Shown here: positions 8,380 through 16,920 of the stretch, one piece after another
How the letters are laid out: each line of letters starts with the position of its first letter
How positions within the stretch are numbered: position 1 is the first letter of the stretch
Assembly (NCBI GenBank): GCA_035486255.1
Contig: DATHNH010000168.1
Coordinates: forward strand, 1-38,779
DNA: 38,779 nucleotides
DNA from: Solirubrobacteraceae bacterium
GTDB taxonomy: Bacteria; Actinomycetota; Thermoleophilia; Solirubrobacterales; Solirubrobacteraceae
Reading direction: 5' to 3'
Translations under genes and position numbers: made by a program
The notes under the pieces: model-generated
What the model was told of the DNA's origin: nothing
Database searches by the model: none
Seen by the model: only the letters and a program-made list of their open reading frames with translations

Positions 8380-9912
8380 ATGAGATGGAAAGGATGTATC
8401 CCGGCCTCCGTCAGGTCGATTGGAGTCGGGGTGCGCGTCCTTGTGGCTTCTGTGAGGTCGATCGGAGTCGGAGCGGGCATCCGTGCGGCCTCTGTCAGGT
8501 CGGTGTCGGTCGTGGCGCCGGCGGTCGTTGCCCTGCTGTGCACGGGAGGGGTCGCCTGGGGGGACGGGCACGTGAGCCGCAAAGCGCCGGGTCGATCGCC
8601 CTACCCGGCCGCCGCCCAGTATCCCCGCAGGCTGGCGCATCCCCGCGAATACGCTCGTAGCTCCTCGAACGGTTCCGGCGGTGTCTCGCCCGGCAGCCCC
8701 GCGCCGTCGCGCGCCCCGAGCACAAAAGCGACGAGCAAGACGACGACCGCGGCGAAGAAGCCGGCGAAGAAGAAGCCGAAGCCCGGCTTGCACGGCAATC
8801 CGGCGCGCGCGCTGCTCGCGTATCAGGCGATGCAGCAGAACTTCTACATTCCCGGCACCGGGCTCTACGAGGGGGAACCGTACTCCTATCTGTGGCCGTT
8901 CTCGCAAGCTTTGGCAGCGAGCGTCAGCGTCTCCAACATTCCCGGTCAGGCAGCGAGCGCGGCAAGCACCAACTCGCACGAACTCAAAGCGCGCATCGTG
9001 GGCTTGCAGAAATACTGGGGGGCGCCGACGCCCGTCGCCGGCGAAGCCACCGGGGAACAGCCGGAAAGCGAAGAACACGGCGAAGGCTCGGAACCGGCCG
9101 AAGCGGCCGGCATCGCGCCGCCGGCGCTGCCGTCGTTCAACGGCGAGGTGGTGCCACCCGGCGGTGCCAGCTACTACGACGACAACGAGTGGGTTGGGAT
9201 CGAGCTCGCGCGTCTGTACAAGGCGCACCACGAAGCGACGGTGCTCGAAAAGGCCGAGCAGATCATGGCATTCGTGATGGCCGGTTGGCAGGCCAACCCG
9301 AAGCTGGCCTGCCCGGGTGGCGTGCCGTTCTCGGACTCGCCGAGCAATACCGAACGCAATACGGTCACAGACGGGCCCGCCGCAGAGCTCGGTGTGCAGC
9401 TCTACGGAATCACCGGCGACGCCACGTACCTGCAGTTTGCGGCGATGGCCTACGAATGGGTGCGCACCTGCCTGCGGGCGCCAAACGAACTGTATTACGA
9501 CCACATTCGCCTGCACGGGGTGATCGATCCGACCCTGTGGAGCTACAACCAAGGCTCGATGATGGGCGCCGGCGCGCTGCTGTACCAGGCGACCGGCAAC
9601 GGCGCCTACCTCTACCAGGCTCGCCAGACCGCCAAGGCAGCGCTCGCCTACTTCACGATCCCGCGGCTGCTATCGGAAAACCCGTTCTTCCCGTCGGTGT
9701 ACTTCCGCAACCTGATGTATCTCGACTCTGTCACGCACGATCCCCCTGGGCCGAAGCTCGCCCAGGCCTACGTCGACAGCGTGTGGGTGCACCAGCGTTT
9801 GAGCGACGACCTGTTCGCGTTCGGCTCGCCGCCCTCCACGCAGCTCTTGGACCAGGCGGCGGTCGTGCAGATCTACGCGTTGCTCTCCACGCCGGCAAGC
9901 ACGTATTTCTGA
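8380..9912 (+). CDS. Secreted glycoside hydrolase family 76-like protein
   Basis: GGAGG SD 9 nt before ATG; signal-like segment ending 'GGVAWG'; catalytic-type 'YYDDNEW' and 'WSYNQG' motifs. Confidence 0.85.
   Translation: MRWKGCIPASVRSIGVGVRVLVASVRSIGVGAGIRAASVRSVSVVAPAVVALLCTGGVAWGDGHVSRKAPGRSPYPAAAQYPRRLAHPREYARSSSNGSGGVSPGSPAPSRAPSTKATSKTTTAAKKPAKKKPKPGLHGNPARALLAYQAMQQNFYIPGTGLYEGEPYSYLWPFSQALAASVSVSNIPGQAASAASTNSHELKARIVGLQKYWGAPTPVAGEATGEQPESEEHGEGSEPAEAAGIAPPALPSFNGEVVPPGGASYYDDNEWVGIELARLYKAHHEATVLEKAEQIMAFVMAGWQANPKLACPGGVPFSDSPSNTERNTVTDGPAAELGVQLYGITGDATYLQFAAMAYEWVRTCLRAPNELYYDHIRLHGVIDPTLWSYNQGSMMGAGALLYQATGNGAYLYQARQTAKAALAYFTIPRLLSENPFFPSVYFRNLMYLDSVTHDPPGPKLAQAYVDSVWVHQRLSDDLFAFGSPPSTQLLDQAAVVQIYALLSTPASTYF
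8403..8520 (+). repeat. 42-bp in-frame tandem repeat x3 in the GH76 N-terminus
   Basis: Units start at 8403, 8445, 8487; peptide ASVRSIGVG.. repeated. Confidence 0.85.
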
Positions 9913-10137
9913 CGAGACCCCGTGCATGTGGTGAACCGGCAAAGCGTGGCTATAGCTGTCGCCGGGGCGCGAATTCGGTTGTGGATTGTGCCTGCCTTTG
10001 CGGGATTGGGCCGCCCTCGAGGGAACGTACTGGGGTGCCTCGGTGTGCGCCGAGGGAGCACGAGTGGGGTCGACGAGTGGGGGGTCGGGCGCCATCCCCG
10101 TGCGCGCGGAGGCGAGGCCGAGTAGGCTTGGCAGCGA

Positions 10138-10611
10138 ATGAGCGCCGATGCCGCCAACATGGTCACCGCCGAGGGATTGCTCGAGCTCGAAGCCGAGCTC
10201 GCCACGCTCGAGGGCGAGGGTCGTCGCGAGATAGCCGAGCGCATCAAAACCGCGCGTGAGTGGGGCGACCTCAAGGAGAACAGCGAGTATCACGACGCCA
10301 AGAACGACCAGGCGCACTTGGAGACGAAGATCGCGAAACTGCGCGAACGAATCTCGACGGCCGAGGTGGTGGAGGCCGCCGAGACCGGCAACGGGGCGGT
10401 CGCGTTCGGTTCGACGGTCGTGGTTCGCGACGAGGCCGGCAGCGAGCGCAGCTGGCAGATCGTCAGTTCGCACGACGCCTCGCCGTCAGATGGGCGGCTG
10501 TCGGCGGATTCTCCGGTTGCCCGTGCGCTGCTCGGACGCCGCGCCGGCGAGCGAGCCGCCGTCGTGCTCCCCAGGGGGGAGAGCCTCCTGACGGTCGTCA
10601 GCGTCGCTTGA
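10138..10611 (+). CDS. greA: Transcription elongation factor GreA
   Basis: 'IKTAREWGDLKENSEYHDAK' and 'LSADSPVARALLG'. Confidence 0.93.
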   Translation: MSADAANMVTAEGLLELEAELATLEGEGRREIAERIKTAREWGDLKENSEYHDAKNDQAHLETKIAKLRERISTAEVVEAAETGNGAVAFGSTVVVRDEAGSERSWQIVSSHDASPSDGRLSADSPVARALLGRRAGERAAVVLPRGESLLTVVSVA

Positions 10612-12198
10612 GCCCAGCTCCGCCTCGGACGCGAGCTCGCTCGTCCCGGCAAGGCTGGAAGCAAGCAGGTCGGCCGTCGGGTCGACGTTCATTTGGTTGA
10701 GGCCGGGCTCCTCGACATTCAAGTGGGGGAGGCCGGCCGGATTGAGGCGTAGCTGGGCGCCGGCCCGTCGCGCCGCTGCTTCCTCCTTGCGCCGGTACAG
10801 GCGCTGATCGGCCAGCTGCAGGATCGAGGCGGGGTCGGCTACCTCCGCGGGGATCTGCACCGAGCCGTGGGATGCGGTGATCGAGAAATTCGGCGCGTGC
10901 TCGCAGAGCGCCGTGACGCTCAGACGCACCAGGTCCTCCTCGTGGCGCTGGGAACGGTCGAACAGCACACAGAACTCGTCGCCGCCCATCCGGTAGGCGC
11001 TGCCGTGGGGCTCTACTACGCATTTCAATCGCTCGCTCAAGCGAATGAGCAGCGTGTCGCCGGCCGGATGTCCGAAAGTGTCGTTGTAGAGCTTGAAGCC
11101 GTCCAGGTCATACAGCACCAGCTCCCAAGGCTCGTGCGTATCGGCGGACTTGCAGGCAAGCCGTAGGTCGCCCATCAGCAGGCGCCGGTTGCCGAGGCCG
11201 GTCAGCGGGTCTGTGAGCGACAGCCGTCGCGAGTCGGCCAATAGCAGGAGGTTCTCGCGCAACGTGAAGATCAGGTGGACGCCGACGGCCAACACCGTGG
11301 CTCCGGCGAGGATCAACGCCGGCAAGGTGAGCCGCGGCCCGATGTTGCCGTACACGAGCACGCCCAGTGCGGTGAGCAGGGCCAGTGCCGGCACCGACAT
11401 CATCTGCCAGCTCTTCATTTGACGGGGCTGCACGCGCGTCGATGGCATCCAAGCGGCGGTCGCCAACAGGATCGCGGCGAGCGGCCACAGGCATTCGAGC
11501 CATGTGCCCGATTGGTAGGAATCGGTCGCCGTCTGGTAGACGTAGGTCGAGTCCGCGATACCGCTGACCAGCATGCTCAGGGCGATCAGCAGCCAGATGT
11601 TCCCTGCTCGCCAGCCGATGATGCTGAGCGCGCCGATCGCGAAGGTCATCAGCAGCGTGTCGCCGATCGGGTAGGCGAGCGAGACGACGATCGAGCTCTG
11701 CGCGCCCGTGGCGCCGTCGAGGATCGGGGGCAGGACAAGGGCCGCGGCCACACTTGCGGCGGCGAGGCCGGCGATCAGACCGTCGAGCCACATGCCGACG
11801 CGCAGGTCGCGCAGGTGACGCCTGGCCAGCAGTCCGAGCGCGACGTAGAAGCACGGGTACATGGCCAGGTAGAGGATGTCCGCGGGCGAGACGCTACCGC
11901 CGGCTTCCCTGCCGGTTCCTTCGATGAAAAGCGAGTAATACAGTTCGCCGAAGCTCCACGACAGGAGGCCTGCTCCCATCGTCAGCCAGGCCGCGCGGTC
12001 CTCGCGCACGAACGCGCCTCGGGCCAGCACGATCAGCGCCGAGCCGAACATCAGGATGTTGTAGATCCAGTCCTGAAACAGGCCCTCGCCGCCGGGGCCG
12101 CCGAAACCGATCGTGGTGTGCAGGACGTACACGCCCAAACCTCCGATCAGGGAGGCCAGGACGAGCGTCGAGGGGTGGAGTCGAGGTAGTGCGCGCAT
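10486..12198 (-). CDS. Membrane-bound diguanylate cyclase (multi-TM sensor + GGDEF)
   Basis: About 9 TM segments, then 'DPLTGLGNRR', 'DLDGFKLYNDTFGHPAGD' and 'YRMGGDEF'; the low-complexity tail overlaps greA. Confidence 0.9.
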   Translation of the reverse strand: MRALPRLHPSTLVLASLIGGLGVYVLHTTIGFGGPGGEGLFQDWIYNILMFGSALIVLARGAFVREDRAAWLTMGAGLLSWSFGELYYSLFIEGTGREAGGSVSPADILYLAMYPCFYVALGLLARRHLRDLRVGMWLDGLIAGLAAASVAAALVLPPILDGATGAQSSIVVSLAYPIGDTLLMTFAIGALSIIGWRAGNIWLLIALSMLVSGIADSTYVYQTATDSYQSGTWLECLWPLAAILLATAAWMPSTRVQPRQMKSWQMMSVPALALLTALGVLVYGNIGPRLTLPALILAGATVLAVGVHLIFTLRENLLLLADSRRLSLTDPLTGLGNRRLLMGDLRLACKSADTHEPWELVLYDLDGFKLYNDTFGHPAGDTLLIRLSERLKCVVEPHGSAYRMGGDEFCVLFDRSQRHEEDLVRLSVTALCEHAPNFSITASHGSVQIPAEVADPASILQLADQRLYRRKEEAAARRAGAQLRLNPAGLPHLNVEEPGLNQMNVDPTADLLASSLAGTSELASEAELGSSDADDRQEALPPGEHDGGSLAGAASEQRTGNRRIRRQPPI

Positions 12199-12219
12199 CG
12201 GGTATGCGGGTCGTCAACT

Positions 12220-12247
12220 ACATCGGCTATTCACGGGAAAACCCTGA
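12220..12247 (-). promoter_or_regulatory. Sigma-28 (WhiG/FliA)-like promoter of the diguanylate cyclase
   Basis: Minus strand TCAG-N16-GCCGATGT about 20 nt above the ATG. Confidence 0.55.
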
Positions 12248-12271
12248 GCGGATCAGGGGATTTGGCGTGTG

Positions 12272-13114
12272 TCAGTCGGCGAGTGCGTGGCCGATGCGCC
12301 GCGTGAACTTGTCCGGCTTGCGCTTGTACAAGCGGGCCCCGAGCGCGAGCGCGCGCTTACGCAGGCGTCGGCGTCGGCGCTCGATCAGCTCGAGCAGTAC
12401 CGTCCGAGCGGCGGCATCCTCGCAAAAGGCCTGCGGGTGCTCTTCGACGTAGGTGTGCAGCATCCACAGGTCGTGCTCGCCACCGAGCAGGTCGCCGAGA
12501 CGATCGGCGCGGCGTACTGCCCGACGCGTGCCCTTGGCCTTCTTGGCGCCGAGCATGTCGAGCGCGTAGTAGAGACTCTTGACGCGCTTGCGCCAGTCGT
12601 GCACGTGCTGGGCTTCGCGCCCATGCTCGCGCTTGCAGTGCAAGTAGCGGTGGCGCCCTTCGCGGTAGATGCGCCGTAGGCCGGGGGCGAGCGTTCCGAA
12701 GTCGTGGTCGACAAGACTCCAACGCGCCAGCTGATCGCGCATCGCGGCGATGTCCGCGAGCACCTCGTCGGTGTCGGACGGCTGCCTGATCTGCCGGCGC
12801 TCGCGCTCCAGCTGCTCGCCCAAGCGCCGCACGCCCTCCAGCGCGAGCGCTTCGGGATGGCGTTCGGTCAGGTCTCGCAAAGTCGCAAGTCGCACGTCCG
12901 CGTCGCGGGCGCTCGCGAGGCGACGTCCGGCATCGCCCAGCGAGGCGTTTACGCGCTTGAACTCCTGCTCGCCCAGCTCTTCGCGCAGCAATCGCGCGAG
13001 TGCGCGCATGCGCTTGATCGCCTTGCGCGCTTCGTGCACCAACTCGGCGGGGTCCGTCGGATGCGGACCCGCCCCATGTTCCTCGATTGGGTCGCTTCTA
13101 AGAACCTGTCTCAA
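12272..13114 (-). CDS. CHAD domain protein (5' end disturbed by a MITE)
   Basis: 'VHEARKAIKRMRALARL', 'ARDADV', 'HDWRKRVKSLYY' and 'LGDLLGGEHDL'; the predicted TTG start lies inside the MITE terminal repeat. Confidence 0.88.
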   Translation of the reverse strand: MRQVLRSDPIEEHGAGPHPTDPAELVHEARKAIKRMRALARLLREELGEQEFKRVNASLGDAGRRLASARDADVRLATLRDLTERHPEALALEGVRRLGEQLERERRQIRQPSDTDEVLADIAAMRDQLARWSLVDHDFGTLAPGLRRIYREGRHRYLHCKREHGREAQHVHDWRKRVKSLYYALDMLGAKKAKGTRRAVRRADRLGDLLGGEHDLWMLHTYVEEHPQAFCEDAAARTVLLELIERRRRRLRKRALALGARLYKRKPDKFTRRIGHALAD

Positions 13115-13268
13115 AATAAATAGGGGGTGCGTCGTGGGTGTTCATGGGCCAAGCTGGGCGTCGCGGGGCGTCGCGGCGTGTGCTGGTTGCATATGCAAGA
13201 CGGCATGTGGCGATCCAGCGCCGTGTCCAGGGACGCCCACGACGTGCCGACCTTTTTGAAACAGGTTC
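13102..13268. mobile_element. MITE-like element, copy 2
   Basis: TIRs GAACCTGTCTCAAAA / TTTTGAAACAGGTTC (14/15); flanked by TAA and CAA; homologous to 983-1146. Confidence 0.8.
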
Positions 13269-13395
13269 CAATAGCCAAAGTGCACCTCTGCCCACTTGGA
13301 GGCTATAGCGATTGTCCGCGAGTGCCCGATGCGGAGCTCTGGGACCATTGCGCGCCGAGGTCCCGGTCCGAGGCGATCGCCGCGAGAATGTTCAG

Positions 13396-13680
13396 ATGTC
13401 GAAGTTGCCCGCGGCGCGCTGGTGGACGGTGCGCGGCGCCCACAGCCATAAGCCCGCGACCTACCGCTGCCCCATCTGTGGGCGCCAATTGCCGGCGCTC
13501 AGCGAGCATATGCTGATCTTTCCCGAAGACGACAAAAGCCGCCGCCGTCATGCCCACACGAAGTGCGTGCTCGCTGCGCGCCGGCGGGGCGAGATGCTGT
13601 TGCGCGAAGACTGGCTGCGCACCCAGCCGCGGCCGCCCTCGCTGTGGCGGCGGCTGCTGGAGCGCGTCAAAGGGAGATAG
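13396..13680 (+). CDS. Conserved actinobacterial hypothetical protein with a CxxC...HxHxxC metal-binding pattern
   Basis: 'ATYRCPICG..EH....P......RRHAHTKC'. Confidence 0.75.
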   Translation: MSKLPAARWWTVRGAHSHKPATYRCPICGRQLPALSEHMLIFPEDDKSRRRHAHTKCVLAARRRGEMLLREDWLRTQPRPPSLWRRLLERVKGR

Positions 13681-13681
13681 C

Positions 13682-14080
13682 TCAGCCGTTCACGTGCACG
13701 TATTCGGGATCGACGCGCACGATCACGCGCTGTTCGCCCGGCTGACGGAAGGGGTAGGTCTCCTTGCCCATGTACTTCATCGCGAGCGAATCGATGTGCT
13801 CGTCGGCGCCTTCGGTCGTGCGTTCGGCGACGCGACCGCGGATCGTCACGTACTCGTACGGATTTTCCATGTTCTGAACGGTCAACGTCACGCGTGGGTC
13901 GCGCTCGAGGTTGCGCGGCCAGGCCCGTCCTTCGGCGGTGTTCAGCACCGGCTGGCCATCCTGCACGTCCACCCAGGCCGGTGCAGCGTGCACCGATCCA
14001 TCCGGGCGTATGGTTGACACGAGCACGAAGTTCTTGTCTTTGAGCAGCTCCTCGGCGCGACCTTCGATTGTCTGGCTCAT
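13682..14080 (-). CDS. PPOX-class F420-dependent oxidoreductase
   Basis: 'STIRPDGSVHAAPAWV', 'NLERDPRVTLTV', 'NPYEYVTIRG' and 'IDSLAMKY'; GGAAGGGG SD. Confidence 0.9.
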   Translation of the reverse strand: MSQTIEGRAEELLKDKNFVLVSTIRPDGSVHAAPAWVDVQDGQPVLNTAEGRAWPRNLERDPRVTLTVQNMENPYEYVTIRGRVAERTTEGADEHIDSLAMKYMGKETYPFRQPGEQRVIVRVDPEYVHVNG

Positions 14081-14240
14081 CGGGTCCCCTTCCGGTTCGG
14101 GAATAGGTCGGGGCCCGGTATGAGCCCACGCAATGAATCTACCCGCCAAACCGCCTCCGCTCTCCTTTTCGCCGGTTTGCAGGCGCGGGTGGGCGGAATA
14201 GCCGGCAAGACCGGCAGCGGGGGTGCGGTACCGGCGTCGC

Positions 14241-14335
14241 GTATGGCACGGACATGGCACGCGCATTGCGCGGACACAGCACGCATGGCGCGGACATGGC
14301 ATGCGTATGGCGCGGACATGGCACGCATGGCGCGG
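14241..14335. repeat. Degenerate ~11-bp tandem repeat (ATGGCRCGGAC / ATGGCACGC)
   Basis: About 9 short units in the intergenic space. Confidence 0.8.
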
Positions 14336-14371
14336 TCGGGGGCGGTCGGCCGGCGGATCGATGACTGGGCG

Positions 14372-15022
14372 TTACCCGCCGTTGCGTGCGGAGGCGGCGG
14401 GTATCGGGTTGAGCGCGACGAGGCGGCCGTTGTTCAGTTGGAAGTGCACAGTCTTTTCGCCCCCGCTCGGTTTGCTCAGCGGGTCACCCGGCTTGTAGAG
14501 CGGGTAGGCGAGCGTCACTTCGGTGTCGCTCTGTCCCACCACTTTGACGCTCGCGCTCGGTTCGCTCGTGTCGGTCCCGATGTAGCGCCCGTCGACGAAG
14601 AAGAAAGCTTGCTGGCCGTACCCGTCGCTCGAGCCGGTGCGGGTGCCGACGAGCACGCGCAGCGTCTGGTCGGGGCGATACGTGGAGGTTTCGCCGGCCG
14701 TGTATCCGTGCGCTGTGACGACGGCCACTGCCGGCCCGAGGCCTTCGCTGCCGGTCGATTCCTTTGTGAAAGCAGGCGCGGTCGTGGTGCGAGTCGCTGC
14801 CGCGCCGCCGGATCCGTTCGTGCCCGGGCTGGTGCTCGTGGGCGTTGTAGTGGTGGGGGAGGATTTGGTCGTGCCGGTGGTGGTCGTCTGCTGTGCGGTG
14901 GTCCCGGAGGGGACGACGCTGGATACAGATACGGTCTTCGTGCCCGACGATCCGCAACCGCCAAGCGCCAACGCGCCCACGGCCGTGGCAAGCAGCAGCG
15001 GTAGGTGTCCTCTCGCTTTCAT
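14372..15022 (-). CDS. LppP/LprE family lipoprotein
   Basis: Lipobox LGGC, Thr-rich linker, 'QQAFFFVDGRYIGTDT' and 'VTLAYPLY'. Confidence 0.85.
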   Translation of the reverse strand: MKARGHLPLLLATAVGALALGGCGSSGTKTVSVSSVVPSGTTAQQTTTTGTTKSSPTTTTPTSTSPGTNGSGGAAATRTTTAPAFTKESTGSEGLGPAVAVVTAHGYTAGETSTYRPDQTLRVLVGTRTGSSDGYGQQAFFFVDGRYIGTDTSEPSASVKVVGQSDTEVTLAYPLYKPGDPLSKPSGGEKTVHFQLNNGRLVALNPIPAASARNGG

Positions 15023-15082
15023 CGTGTCCCCCTATTCGTCGTCGTGCGCCCCCATCCTCGCACTGGTCCGCTCGTTGCGCGC

Positions 15083-15345
15083 CGGGTCGGTGAGTTGGGT
15101 GTTCTTGCTCGCGAGCGGTCTGTGTAAGGGGGTGTTGGGTGTTCTTGCTCGCATATGGGTCGGCGTAAAGGGGGTGTTGGGTGTTCTTGTTTGCATGAGG
15201 GTCGGTCAGTGGGGTGTTCTGGTTCATGCCCGCGTAGCGGTCGGTGAGTGGGGTGTTTGGGGTTCTTGCTCGCGTGAGGGTCGGTGAGAGGTTGTTCGGA
15301 ATTGCTTGCCCGCGCGAGGGTCGGTGAGAGGGGACTGCTCGGCGC
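15083..15345. repeat. Degenerate ~40-bp tandem repeat (GGGTCGGTGAG..GGGTGTT..GTTCTTGCTCGC), about 7 units
   Basis: Recurring GGTCGGTGAG and GTTCTTGCTCGC blocks; strongly G/T-skewed. Confidence 0.85.
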
Positions 15346-15403
15346 TCGGCGTCCTGACCTTGCGCAAGGAGTGTTCGGCCGGTGAGACAGCTTTCCCAAA
15401 TTA

Positions 15404-15417
15404 TTAGCGACTGCTAA
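15404..15417. promoter_or_regulatory. Palindrome TTAGC-GACT-GCTAA, probable TetR operator
   Basis: Perfect 5-bp arms about 40 nt upstream of the MFS-TetR operon. Confidence 0.6.
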
Positions 15418-15456
15418 GCTACGGTTTACGAATCGATCAGCGAGCGCGGGAGACCA

Positions 15457-16920
15457 GTGATGACAGCCCAAATGAAGCCAACGAGCCGCAACTGGACCCT
15501 CGGGATCGTGTCGGTCGCGCTGTTCATGACCGTGCTCGACAACCTGGTCGTCTCGGTCGCGCTGCCCAGCATCCACCGCGACTTCGGTTCGTCGATTCAG
15601 GAGCTGGAGTGGACCGTCAACGCCTACGTCCTCTCCTACGCCGTGCTGTTGATGACGGGAGCGGCGCTGGGCGATCGCTTCGGGCGCAAGCGCATGTTCC
15701 TGTTTGGCTTGGCGGTGTTCACGGCCGCCTCGGCCGCCGCGGCCTTGGCCCCCACGAGCAACCTGCTGATCGCCGCGCGAGCCGTGCAGGGCGCCGGCGC
15801 GGCGATCGTCACGCCGCTCACGCTCACGCTGCTGGCCGACGCTTTCCCGGCCGAACGTCGCGGGATCGCGTTGGGCGTGTGGTCGGGCATCTCGGGCACC
15901 GCCGTGGCGATCGGCCCGCTGGTGGGAGGCGCCGTCGTGCAGGGCATCTCCTGGCACTGGATCTTCTGGTTGAACGTGCCCATCGGGATCGTGCTGGTCC
16001 CCACCGCGATGCGTCGTCTCTCCGAGAGTCGCGGCCCCTACGGCAAGCTCGACCTGCCGGGGCTGGCACTGGCGGGCGCGGGCGCGTTCGGGATCGTCTT
16101 CGGCTTGGTGCGCTCCCAATCGCTCGGTTGGGGTTCCACTTCGATCCTCGTGTCGCTGATCGGTGGCGCGCTGCTGCTGGCCGCGTTCGTAGTCTGGGAG
16201 CTGCGCGCATCCGAGCCGATGCTGCCGATGAGCTTCTTCGCCAAGCGCTCATTCGCCGTGACGAACGTGGTCTCGTTGAGCATGTACTTCGGCATGTTCG
16301 GCTCGATCTTCTTCCTCTCGCAGTACATGCAGAACGTGCTCGGAAACACGCCGCTACAGGCTGGTCTGAAGCTACTGGTGTGGACCGGTGCCTCGATGGT
16401 CGTAGCTCCGCTGGCCGGCATCTTCTCCGAGCGCTTCGGCTCGCGGCCGTTCATGGTGGCCGGGCTCACCCTGCAAGCACTGGCACTGGGTTGGCTGGCG
16501 GCGATCACTTCGACGCACGTGCCCTACACGCACATGGTCATCCCGTTCATCATGGCCGGCGCCGGCATGTCGCTCGTATTCGCCCCTTCGGCCAACGCGG
16601 TCCTCTCGTCGGTGCGAGTCGATCAGGCCGGCCAGGCCTCGGGTGCCAACAACGCGATCCGCGAGGTGGGAGGCGTGCTGGGTGTGGCGGTGCTCGCGTC
16701 GGTGTTCACCGGCTCGGGCGGCTACGGCTCGCCACAGGAGTTCGTCAACGGCCTGATTCCCGCCATGTGGGTGGGTGTCGCCGTGCTGGGCACGGGTGCG
16801 CTGGTGGCACTGCTGCTGCCGTTCCGCACGCCGCGTGCAGCCGAGGCGGCGCTCGCTGCCGAGCATGAGCGTGCAGCGATCGAGCCCCAGCACGCGCTGC
16901 TTGCCGGAGAGCCGGCATGA
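15457..16920 (+). CDS. DHA2-family (EmrB/QacA) MFS efflux permease
   Basis: 'LDNLVVSVALPSI', 'WTVNAY', 'GDRFGRKR' and 'WHWIFWLNVPIG'; 14-TM pattern. Confidence 0.95.
   Translation: MMTAQMKPTSRNWTLGIVSVALFMTVLDNLVVSVALPSIHRDFGSSIQELEWTVNAYVLSYAVLLMTGAALGDRFGRKRMFLFGLAVFTAASAAAALAPTSNLLIAARAVQGAGAAIVTPLTLTLLADAFPAERRGIALGVWSGISGTAVAIGPLVGGAVVQGISWHWIFWLNVPIGIVLVPTAMRRLSESRGPYGKLDLPGLALAGAGAFGIVFGLVRSQSLGWGSTSILVSLIGGALLLAAFVVWELRASEPMLPMSFFAKRSFAVTNVVSLSMYFGMFGSIFFLSQYMQNVLGNTPLQAGLKLLVWTGASMVVAPLAGIFSERFGSRPFMVAGLTLQALALGWLAAITSTHVPYTHMVIPFIMAGAGMSLVFAPSANAVLSSVRVDQAGQASGANNAIREVGGVLGVAVLASVFTGSGGYGSPQEFVNGLIPAMWVGVAVLGTGALVALLLPFRTPRAAEAALAAEHERAAIEPQHALLAGEPA

Noticed and set aside
6571-9552. 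993-aa ORF as a giant MdlC fusion
   Set aside because: The first ~460 residues are mostly the antisense shadow of GH76; MdlC has its own SD and GTG at 8169
14484-15287. Repeat-protein ORFs across the 40-bp array
   Set aside because: Unit lengths are not constant multiples of three and the ORFs overlap the lipoprotein gene out of frame or antisense
15083-15345. CRISPR array (also considered for 1277-1406 and 8403-8520)
   Set aside because: Units are degenerate and contiguous, with no unique spacers and no cas genes
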